A stretch of DNA of 64,000 nucleotides from a virus, in UHGV virus genome UHGV-0064883; one strand, written 5' to 3'. The position numbers and the translations under genes are program-made. The notes under the pieces were generated by a model, which was given only the letters and a program-made list of their open reading frames with translations, did no database searches and was not told the DNA's origin. This document shows, one piece after another, positions 56,785-64,000 of the stretch (position 1 is its first letter; every line of letters begins with the position of its first letter).

Positions 56785-58209
56785 ATGGACGCTATTTTAT
56801 CTCAACTTTGCTGGATTCCAAAAATGCGGTTAACGCCGACACAGGAAGCGGAATTGATTTCCGACCTGACTATTTACCCACGGCTTTCCGGGTTTTCGGA
56901 TGATGCAGCTCTGAAAAAGATTCAAACGTTCATTTCCGGCAAAACTTATATCGGCGTGCCGTGCTTTTACGGGCGGCAGTGGTGCGAGAAGCACCGCATT
57001 GCCATTAAGGATGACACGTCTTCCGGGTTTAACATTTCCCGGTACATCCGCAAGTTGCCCGACCCGCATCATCCGTCCGCTTCCCAGGGGCAGGAAGAAT
57101 TCTTTTCTTCCCTTCTGGAAACGGTCAAATCCAACAATACCGTTTTGGCCGAAGCCCCCACTGGAAGCGGAAAAACCGTGACGGCATTGAATGCCATTGG
57201 TCGCCTGGGGCGTTCCGCGCTGATAGTCGTCCCGAACGGTCCATTGATGGAACAATGGAAAAAAGAGGCTATCCGGCATCTTGGATTGACCGAGGATGAA
57301 GTCGGCGTGATTGGCGGGGGTAAATCCGTTTGGAAGGACAAGCCGGTGGTGGTGGCTATCATTCACAATATTTGCATGGCCTCCATGCCGGATGCGTTTT
57401 ACCGGGCGTTTGGTATTACGGTATGGGATGAGGCCCATGTTGTGGGTGCGGAGTGGTTTAGTTTGTCCACGCAGCACCTGCGCTCAAAATACCGGATTGC
57501 CATTACCGCCACCCCAAACCGTTCCGATGGGTGCATGCGAATTGTTACGGACGCATTCGGCCCCGTTGCCGTAAGGCATAGCGGGAACGCGGTTCCGCTG
57601 ATTTATGCCCCGTTGAGTTACAATCTCCCGGCTAAACTGCGGGCCTGGGCTGACCGTGCCCAGGGTAAAGAGATGTCCAGAGTGCTAAAGGCCTTGACCG
57701 CTGACTTGCCGCGTAATATTAAAATCGGGAGGCTGGCGGTTGCCGGATATAAAAAAAACCGTAACATACTGCTGATTTCCGACCGCATTTCCCACTTGGA
57801 GGCCATGCAGGATATTTTAGTTCATCTCGGCATTCCGTCCGAACACATAGGCATGTTTTCCGGGGCGGTAAAGGGCGACAAGGACGCATCCGGGAAAAAA
57901 AAGTTGACCAAAAAACAAAAACTGGATGATGTGGTCAAAAATCCTAAATACCGGGTGATTCTGGCGACCTACGCAATGATGAAACTCGGAATTGATATCC
58001 CCCGGCTCGACATGGGAATTGACATCAGTCCGAAGAGTGAGGCCGTGCAGACTGTGGGGCGCATCAGGAGGCCGTTCCCGAACAAGCCGACCCCAGTCTG
58101 GTTTACGGTTGTCGATTCCAGCCGGAAATTCCAGGCCCTGTACCGCAGCCGGGAACGGGAACTGCTGTCGAAGGGCAGCGTAGAAATAAGACCGATTAAA
58201 ACTTTATGA
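56785..58209 (+). CDS. Superfamily-2 (DEAD/DEAH-box) DNA helicase
   Basis: Motif I AEAPTGSGKTV, II VWDEAHVV, III ITATPNRSDG, V LATYAMMKLGIDIP, VI VQTVGRIRR. Confidence 0.8.
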   Translation: MDAILSQLCWIPKMRLTPTQEAELISDLTIYPRLSGFSDDAALKKIQTFISGKTYIGVPCFYGRQWCEKHRIAIKDDTSSGFNISRYIRKLPDPHHPSASQGQEEFFSSLLETVKSNNTVLAEAPTGSGKTVTALNAIGRLGRSALIVVPNGPLMEQWKKEAIRHLGLTEDEVGVIGGGKSVWKDKPVVVAIIHNICMASMPDAFYRAFGITVWDEAHVVGAEWFSLSTQHLRSKYRIAITATPNRSDGCMRIVTDAFGPVAVRHSGNAVPLIYAPLSYNLPAKLRAWADRAQGKEMSRVLKALTADLPRNIKIGRLAVAGYKKNRNILLISDRISHLEAMQDILVHLGIPSEHIGMFSGAVKGDKDASGKKKLTKKQKLDDVVKNPKYRVILATYAMMKLGIDIPRLDMGIDISPKSEAVQTVGRIRRPFPNKPTPVWFTVVDSSRKFQALYRSRERELLSKGSVEIRPIKTL

Positions 58210-58751
58210 CATTAAGTGACACTAACAAAACTGCTGTTGAGGCCGGAGCCGGGAATGATTCTGCCCGGATTCCTGGCCGCAAAAAAAAATACGAGACAAA
58301 GCGTGAAATGCAGATAGCGAAAAACCGCTACCACAAAACGCTGACCTACAAAGTCAAAAACCGGGCGCGGTATCATGTGGATTCCGACTACCGGGAATCG
58401 GTACGATTGCAAAACCGGAAAGCAAATGAGCGGAAGAAACGCATCATGCTGGCGCAGGCAGTCGTCCGGGGAGGGAAGTACCTGCGTGCGGTGATGAACG
58501 AACCGCCCATTGTCGTTGCTGGGGAAGAGCTGATAACAAGAAAAAGATTTTTGGAGTTAATCAGCCGGTCATATCCAACCCTGGTACGGTGGAGGGCACA
58601 CAGAAAATTTACCGTGGAGGAAGTGCACATTTCCGTGGTCCGGAACGGTCGAGTTGTCCCCCGTCTGGAACAGATAGCCTACCGGAAAAAAGATTTAATC
58701 CAATTCATCGATGCCAACCGCGAGTATGTCGGACTGACGAAAACGAGCTAA
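58206..58751 (+). CDS. Hypothetical basic protein (181 aa)
   Basis: ORF. ATGA overlap with the helicase. Confidence 0.5.
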   Translation: MTLSDTNKTAVEAGAGNDSARIPGRKKKYETKREMQIAKNRYHKTLTYKVKNRARYHVDSDYRESVRLQNRKANERKKRIMLAQAVVRGGKYLRAVMNEPPIVVAGEELITRKRFLELISRSYPTLVRWRAHRKFTVEEVHISVVRNGRVVPRLEQIAYRKKDLIQFIDANREYVGLTKTS

Positions 58752-58762
58752 CTCTTTTCCAA

Positions 58763-58779
58763 TTTGCAACGATTGCAAA
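58763..58779. promoter_or_regulatory. 17-bp palindrome, centre-CG variant, followed by T7
   Basis: 12 nt after the stop at 58751. Confidence 0.75.
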
Positions 58780-58813
58780 TTTTTTTCGCAAAAACCAGAA
58801 ACAGAAATAAACC

Positions 58814-59191
58814 ATGAGTCAAGAAACATCCAATCGTTCCAGAGCGTTGCCCCCGCAGGGAGGTTCCGCTATCGTAGAAACCGCCGTCACGCAGAACCGC
58901 GTTCCGGTAACGGGCGGTGCGCATTCCATGCCGCTGAATCCGTTGTACAATGATAACCGCCCGTCAAATAATCCGGCGTATGTGGCCGTTGGCGCGTCCC
59001 TGACGCTTCCGGGGCGGCAAATGTATTCATCCGTGAAAATTATGGCCACAGTCACCCTTCCGGCTTTTCCGGACGATGAATCCATTCAGGCTGCGGCGCA
59101 GGCCGCCGGAAATATGGCGGAAACGTTTTTATACGAAGAAGCCGACCGTTTTAAAGACTTTCTTCCGGAAGAAGGGAGGGGGCGTTGCTGA
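58814..59191 (+). CDS. Hypothetical protein (125 aa)
   Basis: ORF. Confidence 0.5.
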   Translation: MSQETSNRSRALPPQGGSAIVETAVTQNRVPVTGGAHSMPLNPLYNDNRPSNNPAYVAVGASLTLPGRQMYSSVKIMATVTLPAFPDDESIQAAAQAAGNMAETFLYEEADRFKDFLPEEGRGRC

Positions 59192-60417
59192 TGGCCGGGG
59201 AATCGCCAAAACGGTCGAGGTCGCAAAAAGCATCCGCCCCGGCGGGGCTGGCCGAACTGCGTGCCGACCTCGTGAAAGGCGGGCGCGGGCGGGCTATGGA
59301 CGGCAGCCGCATCGGCGTAGATGACTGGATGATTCCCACGGGAATCTTCCACTTGGATTACGCTTTTTTGGGCGGCATCCAGGAAGGCCAGGTGACGATG
59401 TTCCTGGGGCTTCCGTCCGCGCATAAAACGACTATCGCCCTGAAAACCATTGCCGGGCTGCACCGGAAATACCCGGATAAATGGGCGGTGCTTGTGGATG
59501 CGGAAGACAACTACGACCAGAAATATTCACAGGATTTGGGCATTGATACCGACCGCCTGGAAGTCATCAAACCCTTTGACGGGCCTACCGCCGTTGATGC
59601 GCTGGAAGCCGCATTGCGCGTCCCGGAAGTAGGGCTTGTCGTGCTGGATTCCATCCCTGCCTGTTCCGGAATGCAGGTGCTTACCAAATCGGCGGAGGAT
59701 GCCAGCGTGTCGGAATTGGCGACAATCATGAGCCGGATGGCGAGTAAAATCACTTCGACGCTTGTGACGGAAAAAGAAAAAGGGCATCTGGTGTCCGTTA
59801 TTCTTTTAAATCAGTTCCGGTCTAAAATCGGCGTCATGTTCGGGAATCCGCTGACCAGCCCCGGAGGTTATTTTATCAACCACCTGGCGACGAGAAAAAT
59901 CGTGTTCCGGTCAAAGCCCATCCTCCAAAGCACCAGCCTGGATGAAAAAGCGGAAGGAGTGGCCCAGATTTCTTTCACGGTGGAAAAATCAAAGTTCGGC
60001 GGCCCTGTCCGGGCTGGGGAATTTTTCATGTCGCATCTTCCGCAGGGCTACCCGGTGATGAACCCGTCGGCAACCAAGGAAAGCACCCGCATCTGCGTCA
60101 ACCGCCCCTATTTACAGGGGGAGGTGATTGAAGAGCCGCAGGTAGTCCAGCTGGCCGTGAAATACGGGCTGCTTTCCGGCGCGGGGGCCAACATGTCTTG
60201 TCCGCTTGTCTCCCAGGAAAAGATGTCCAAGACGCAATGGATGCTGTGGCTTAGGGACCACCCGGAAGAATCGGCTGTGCTCAAGGCAAACCTTGTCGCT
60301 CTGTACCGGGCGTACTCCAACCGCCAAACGGTTCCGGTTGACGGGTATCTGCTCGGAGTCGGAAAAGATAAGATTCTGCCGGAGGAAAGCCTCCGGAAGA
60401 TTATCGCCAACATGTGA
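59191..60417 (+). CDS. RecA-family recombinase
   Basis: MIPTGIFHLDYAFLGGIQEG, LVVLDSIPAC, ILLNQFRSKIGVMFGNPLTSPGGYFINHLATRKIVFR match the RecA core (iPTG...LD.alGGG, vvvDSvaaL, fiNQiR.kiGvmfGnPeTTtGGnAlkFYasvRl). The Walker A is a degenerate GLPSAHKTT. Confidence 0.8.
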   Translation: MAGESPKRSRSQKASAPAGLAELRADLVKGGRGRAMDGSRIGVDDWMIPTGIFHLDYAFLGGIQEGQVTMFLGLPSAHKTTIALKTIAGLHRKYPDKWAVLVDAEDNYDQKYSQDLGIDTDRLEVIKPFDGPTAVDALEAALRVPEVGLVVLDSIPACSGMQVLTKSAEDASVSELATIMSRMASKITSTLVTEKEKGHLVSVILLNQFRSKIGVMFGNPLTSPGGYFINHLATRKIVFRSKPILQSTSLDEKAEGVAQISFTVEKSKFGGPVRAGEFFMSHLPQGYPVMNPSATKESTRICVNRPYLQGEVIEEPQVVQLAVKYGLLSGAGANMSCPLVSQEKMSKTQWMLWLRDHPEESAVLKANLVALYRAYSNRQTVPVDGYLLGVGKDKILPEESLRKIIANM

Positions 60418-60420
60418 GGT

Positions 60421-60428
60421 GGGGGGGG
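60421..60428. repeat. G8 homopolymer ending 2 nt before the ATG at 60430
   Basis: gaggtggggggggtatg. Confidence 0.9.
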
Positions 60429-60429
60429 T

Positions 60430-60789
60430 ATGAAACAACCAAAACGTTTAGGGGTTTTGACACAGAGCCGGGCCTATAACCACGCCCCGGTACAGGAGCG
60501 GGAAGCCGCGAAAAGGCTTGGCGGGCGTACCACCCCGGCATCTGGCTCCCTCCTGGAAAAAGGTGATGTGCGCGTTTCCGGCATTCTTCGTTTGGAGTGC
60601 AAGGCCACTTCAAAAAAATCGTTTTCCGTCACCAGGGACATGGTGCGGAAAATCACGGAAGCCGGGGAACTTTCCGGGGAACTGCCCGCCATTGAAATTG
60701 AGTTTCTTCCCCTGGCCGGGCAATTTCACGGGAGGGTTGCCGTTGTCCCGGCATACGTCCTGAATCAACTTGTTACCGGAGAAAAATAA
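60430..60789 (+). CDS. Hjc-like (archaeal-type PD-(D/E)xK) Holliday-junction resolvase
   Basis: QEREAAKRLGGRTTPASGS...GDV...LECKAT fits the Hjc motifs (ERe.....G....r...SG....Di.......iEvKs). Confidence 0.5.
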   Translation: MKQPKRLGVLTQSRAYNHAPVQEREAAKRLGGRTTPASGSLLEKGDVRVSGILRLECKATSKKSFSVTRDMVRKITEAGELSGELPAIEIEFLPLAGQFHGRVAVVPAYVLNQLVTGEK

Positions 60790-60790
60790 C

Positions 60791-61747
60791 ATGGATAAGC
60801 AACAATTACTCCGCCGCCTTGGCTGGGAGCGTTCCCAGCCCCGGATAACTATATCGGAAGCGGCGCATCCGACACAGGGGCCGTCATCATCATTGGGGAG
60901 GGTTGACCTCCTCTCGGCGATTTCCGGAACGGTCGAACTTGAATCGCTGTCCGATATTTTAAACCGGGCCAGCAGGCAGCTTCACGAATCTGAAAGGGTG
61001 CATGCGGACTGCCTGCACGTATCAAGTCTGATAGGCGATTATTTATGCCCCCGCCGGATTTGGCTCGCAAGGCATCACCATCTCACGGCTGTCAGCCGAG
61101 TCAGCCCCGCGATGAAAATTGTGTGGGACATGGGCCGGGCATGCGAAAAAACCGTCCGCGATTTGCTGATTGCCGGAATGGGCCGGTCAAGAGTCCTCGG
61201 AAAGTGGTCATGTGCGTGCGGAAAGACGTCGCACGTCGGGCAGGGTCAGGAAATTCATTGCAACATCTGTGATACCGACTGCGCTATTTATGGCGAAGCC
61301 GATCTGTACTATTCGCCGCTAAAGATTTTCGGGCATTCCGATTTTATTTATCTGGACGAAAACCGGAACGTCAATGTCGTGGAGATTAAATCCATCAATA
61401 AATCCGACTGGCTTGCATTATCAGAGCCGAAGCGTGACCACGTTGCCCAGGTCTCCATGTATTACTTTATGCTACGGGAGTCGATGGGGCAGGAGCGCAT
61501 GTATCCGGGTGCGCAGATTATTTATGTGTGCAAGGATTACATTACGCGGCAAATGCCGTGGAAGTGCTACACCGTCCCGCAGGGAACCTGTGAAGCCGCA
61601 TCCGAAGAGGTTTTACGCACGGCAACCGCAGTCCAGAGCGGATACGCCCCCGCCTGCCCGCCCCGGCTGTTGTGCTGCACGTCGCCGGATTGCCTCACGT
61701 CCCGAAATTGTATTGCATGCGCCGTCTGTTTTATGCACAATGATTAA
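60791..61747 (+). CDS. PD-(D/E)xK nuclease of the Cas4/RecB-like type with a C-terminal Cys cluster
   Basis: HSDFIYLDENRNVNVVEIKS (D...D...EIK) and ACPPRLLCCTSPDCLTSRNCIACAVC. Confidence 0.5.
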   Translation: MDKQQLLRRLGWERSQPRITISEAAHPTQGPSSSLGRVDLLSAISGTVELESLSDILNRASRQLHESERVHADCLHVSSLIGDYLCPRRIWLARHHHLTAVSRVSPAMKIVWDMGRACEKTVRDLLIAGMGRSRVLGKWSCACGKTSHVGQGQEIHCNICDTDCAIYGEADLYYSPLKIFGHSDFIYLDENRNVNVVEIKSINKSDWLALSEPKRDHVAQVSMYYFMLRESMGQERMYPGAQIIYVCKDYITRQMPWKCYTVPQGTCEAASEEVLRTATAVQSGYAPACPPRLLCCTSPDCLTSRNCIACAVCFMHND

Positions 61748-61771
61748 ACATCAAAGATAGATAGACGATTT

Positions 61772-61999
61772 ATGTTTTTGCAACCAATATCCCCCGCCGT
61801 AGTCCGGACTTGCCGGATGTACGGAGTTCCTGAGGCCCTTGCCCCGATATGCCGAAATTTGACGAAGACGGGAATCAAAAAATTAGGAAGAGCGTATAAG
61901 GATTATACCGTCAAATGCGGGGCTGACCCGGCCCACGCTGATGCCAGCAACTGGGGCGGAACCGTCATGCGAATCTTACGTGATTATCGGAAAAAATGA
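61772..61999 (+). CDS. Small hypothetical protein (75 aa)
   Basis: ORF. ATGA overlap with ruvC. Confidence 0.4.
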   Translation: MFLQPISPAVVRTCRMYGVPEALAPICRNLTKTGIKKLGRAYKDYTVKCGADPAHADASNWGGTVMRILRDYRKK

Positions 62000-62565
62000 A
62001 CATCCTCGGCATTGACCCGTCCCTGACTGCCACCGGGCTTTATTTGCGGGAAACCGGGCTTATGGCCGCCCCGGAATCCACGCTGATTGCCCCAAAAAAT
62101 TTGAGGGACATGGAGCGGCTGTGTTTTATCCGCGACTTCCTTCTCGGATTCATCAACAGAGACCGGGCGTTTTTTCCCGAATTGGCGGTCATTGAAGGGT
62201 ACGCAATGGGGGCGAAAACCCATACGCACGACCTCGGAGAAGCCGGAGCCATGCTGAAAACTGCGGTTTACGAGGCGGGAATTGACCTGCTGATAGTCCC
62301 GCCCGCCACGCTGAAAAAGTTCATCACGGGAAGCGGGAACAGCAAAAAACAAGTGATGATGGTGGAAGCGCTTTCTCGGTATCATGTTAAAATCACCGAT
62401 GATAATATTTGTGATGCGTTCTGCCTGACACACTTTGGGGAAGCCTGGTACGCGGCTAATGCTTTTGGCCGTACAGCGGGAGGAATCGGCATCACAAAAA
62501 GCCAGTATGCCTGCCTGTCCGCTGCCCGGCTGGTTCCTGGCCGCAAACGGTCGTCTCGGAGATAA
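61996..62565 (+). CDS. ruvC: RuvC-family Holliday-junction resolvase
   Basis: MNILGIDPSLTATGLYL, LAVIEGYAMG, KKFITGSGNSKKQVMMVEAL, DDNICDAFCLTHFG fit RuvC catalytic motifs (ILGIDPG...TG; E..f; K..vtG.G.A.K.QV; DaaDAlAvA). Confidence 0.85.
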   Translation: MNILGIDPSLTATGLYLRETGLMAAPESTLIAPKNLRDMERLCFIRDFLLGFINRDRAFFPELAVIEGYAMGAKTHTHDLGEAGAMLKTAVYEAGIDLLIVPPATLKKFITGSGNSKKQVMMVEALSRYHVKITDDNICDAFCLTHFGEAWYAANAFGRTAGGIGITKSQYACLSAARLVPGRKRSSRR

Positions 62566-62592
62566 CCGGCTGCCGGTTTTTCCTTTTTTCAA

Positions 62593-62609
62593 TTTGCAAT
62601 CATTGCAAA
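62593..62609. promoter_or_regulatory. 17-bp palindrome TTTGCAATCATTGCAAA followed by T7
   Basis: Read directly from the sequence. Confidence 0.8.
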
Positions 62610-62630
62610 TTTTTTTCGCTGACTGTGTAA

Positions 62631-62694
62631 TTTTATCTTGCAATTTCTAAAAAATAATGCTAAATTGCATTCATCAAAGGGAGGGAAACCTCCC
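62631..62694 (+). promoter_or_regulatory. Promoter-like box TTTTATCTTGCAAT-N20-TAAATTGC plus leader hairpin CATCAAAGGGAGGGAAACCTCCC
   Basis: Cassette consensus. Confidence 0.55.
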
Positions 62695-62730
62695 AAGAAT
62701 AAAAAACCTAAAAACCTGAAAGACAAGATT

Positions 62731-62943
62731 ATGAATAACAAAGAAACATTCTATCTGGTTGAAGTTTACCACCTCGGAACCGCTGTTGGCAGCCTTATTT
62801 CCCTTGACCATGTGCACCGCTGCAAGTCCCTGGAATCTGCGAAAGATTTCGGTTCCATCATGAAAGAAAAAAATGGGTGGTTTGAAGTAACGGAAATCAC
62901 TTCCGAAGGCCGTTCCATTGTGTTTGATTCCCGCAACAACTAA
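62731..62943 (+). CDS. Small hypothetical protein (70 aa)
   Basis: ATG ORF behind the cassette. Confidence 0.5.
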   Translation: MNNKETFYLVEVYHLGTAVGSLISLDHVHRCKSLESAKDFGSIMKEKNGWFEVTEITSEGRSIVFDSRNN

Positions 62944-63187
62944 CCCGTCAAGACAATGAAAGTACAAGCTAAAATTATCACCGAACAGGAGTACAAATGG
63001 TACGGGGGTTGCCCCTCAAGATGCGGAACACGGAATGGGAAAATCGGTATAAAGAAAACGGCATTAAGTTTGAAACCCGCGTGAATATCTAAAATCCTCA
63101 AGCCCCTCTTTGGAGGGGCAAGACCCCTCCACCGCAACCAGAAAAACTTTTCAGCAGTAAAAATTTTCGGTGGTACTAATTAGGTTC

Positions 63188-63233
63188 TGCCCCTTTTCCG
63201 GCCTTTCGTTGCTGGGAAGGGGGCAGTTTTTTT
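63188..63233 (+). terminator. Rho-independent terminator
   Basis: CTGCCCCTTT...AAGGGGGCAG stem plus T7. Confidence 0.7.
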
Positions 63234-63399
63234 GCGTCAATTTGTAGTGGTATTTTTAATTTTAGCGCACAAATAACTATATATTGCGGCTATTTTCGTA
63301 AACGGTTGACTTTAAGAAAAATAAACTCTTGAACCGGTTTGACGGCAAGTTAAGATGCCGGAGGTTAAACACTAGTTTGGCTGTCTTCTATCTTTTCGA

Positions 63400-63440
63400 C
63401 CCCTAATTCGGAGTGATGCCCGGATTAGGGGCCTTTTTTT
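63400..63440 (+). terminator. Rho-independent terminator
   Basis: CCCCTAAT-16 nt-ATTAGGGG plus T7. Confidence 0.75.
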
Positions 63441-63445
63441 CTCCA

Positions 63446-63462
63446 TTTGCAATGATTGCAAA
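63446..63462. promoter_or_regulatory. 17-bp palindrome, centre-G variant, followed by T7
   Basis: Read directly from the sequence. Confidence 0.8.
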
Positions 63463-63490
63463 TTTTTTTCTCAAAAAAGATTCTTTTTTC

Positions 63491-63547
63491 TCTTGCAATT
63501 TCTAAAAAAGAATGATAAATTACATTCATCAAAGGGAGGGAATCCCT
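63491..63547 (+). promoter_or_regulatory. Promoter-like box TCTTGCAAT-N20-TAAATTAC plus leader hairpin CATCAAAGGGAGGGAATCCCT
   Basis: Cassette consensus. Confidence 0.55.
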
Positions 63548-63589
63548 GAGAGAGAAAAACAAAAAACCTAAAAAACCTGTTAGACTAAA

Positions 63590-63859
63590 ATGAATACCGT
63601 AACCGAAACTGAAATCAAGTTAGGCTCCAAGATTAAACCGACCTGGAAGCTTTCCAAAGTGCGTGCAATTGTTGGAAAGGAAACCGAAAAGGCAATCCGC
63701 ATTGACCTCGACTACAGCAGCAGGTCTGAATATCATTGGCTTCCGAAAAGCCTCATTGCGGCTATCGAAGAAAAAGAGGACGGAACATGGGCCGGGGATT
63801 CTTACATTACTCTTCCCACCTGGTTCTGCATCGAAAATGGCTTTGTAACCGAACAATAA
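63590..63859 (+). CDS. Small hypothetical protein (89 aa)
   Basis: ATG ORF behind the cassette. Confidence 0.55.
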   Translation: MNTVTETEIKLGSKIKPTWKLSKVRAIVGKETEKAIRIDLDYSSRSEYHWLPKSLIAAIEEKEDGTWAGDSYITLPTWFCIENGFVTEQ

Positions 63860-63866
63860 AACGCGT

Positions 63867-64000
63867 ATGAAATTCTTTCTGTCTTTCGTTTCCGAAGCAA
63901 TGGGCGTTGCCGTGATTGGGTACATGGCCGTGTGCGCCTACTGGCTTTTGTTCTGTTACCTGGCAACCGACCAGGAATTTAATTCAACCCTTTATCCTCC
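63867..64000 (+). CDS. Membrane protein, 5' partial (runs off the window end)
   Basis: MKFFLSFVSEAMGVAVIGYMAVCAYWLLFCYLA is hydrophobic. No stop before the window end. Confidence 0.4.
   Translation, partial: MKFFLSFVSEAMGVAVIGYMAVCAYWLLFCYLATDQEFNSTLYP

Noticed and set aside
62956-63090. About 45-aa ORF (MKVQAKIITEQEYKW...) in the long intergenic region
   Set aside because: Too short. No cassette promoter. Possible frameshift around GGGGGTTGCCCC. Not called.
1421-63462. Recurrent peptide ICNHCKF / CNHCK in many short ORFs of the six-frame track
   Set aside because: It is the translation of the 17-bp palindrome TTTGCAATCATTGCAAA, not a conserved protein motif.
1421-63462. Dispersed 17-bp repeats considered as a CRISPR array
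   Set aside because: The copies are 1-6 kb apart and separated by genes. They are palindromic and not arranged as a repeat-spacer array. No cas genes are present; the Cas4-like nuclease sits in a recombination module.

Overview
This 64 kb window reads as most of a tailed dsDNA phage genome. About 73 of 75 called genes are on the + strand. GC looks moderately high, roughly mid-50s % by eye. Recognisable modules, in order:

- **Tandem duplication (1-3338):** an exact 1669-bp tandem duplication at the window start.
- **Glycan/sulfation operon (5558-9590):** a sulfotransferase, CysD, a GT32 glycosyltransferase, a CysN-like GTPase, a zinc ribbon protein and CysC (APS kinase).
- **Morphogenesis block:** portal, Mu-F/SPP1-gp7 head morphogenesis protein, prohead protease, major capsid protein, head-tail connector, gp10-like protein, tape measure protein, and a tail fibre with BACON-like domains and poly-Ser linkers. 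A phage GroES lies upstream.
- **Glycosyltransferases:** two GT25 paralogues after the tail fibre, a GT2-like enzyme, and a GT11 fucosyltransferase interrupted by a T10 tract.
- **Lysis region:** a spanin-like lipoprotein, a 500-bp AT-rich repeat region, then a holin and a GH24-like endolysin.
- **Replication/recombination module:** AAA+ ATPase, DnaB, family-A polymerase with an N-terminal UDG-like domain, RNase H, primase, SSB with a DDDIPM tail, SF2 helicase, RecA-like protein, an Hjc-like resolvase, a Cas4/RecB-like nuclease and RuvC.

Non-coding structure:

- A perfect 17-bp palindrome, TTTGCAAT-C-ATTGCAAA, occurs 19 times. Every copy is intergenic and lies 3-30 nt after a stop codon.
- About 10 units begin with a TCTTGCAAT-N20-TAnnTT box. 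This fits a Bacteroidota -33/-7 promoter, and several are followed by a conserved hairpin leader.
- Homopolymeric C/G/T tracts sit near or inside several genes.

I found no rRNA, tRNA, CRISPR array, integrase or terminase in the window.

The best candidate for a previously undescribed system is the PAPS-synthesis + sulfotransferase + multi-glycosyltransferase complement. It may act on the Ser-rich tail fibre or on host glycans. The genome-wide palindrome network is the second candidate.
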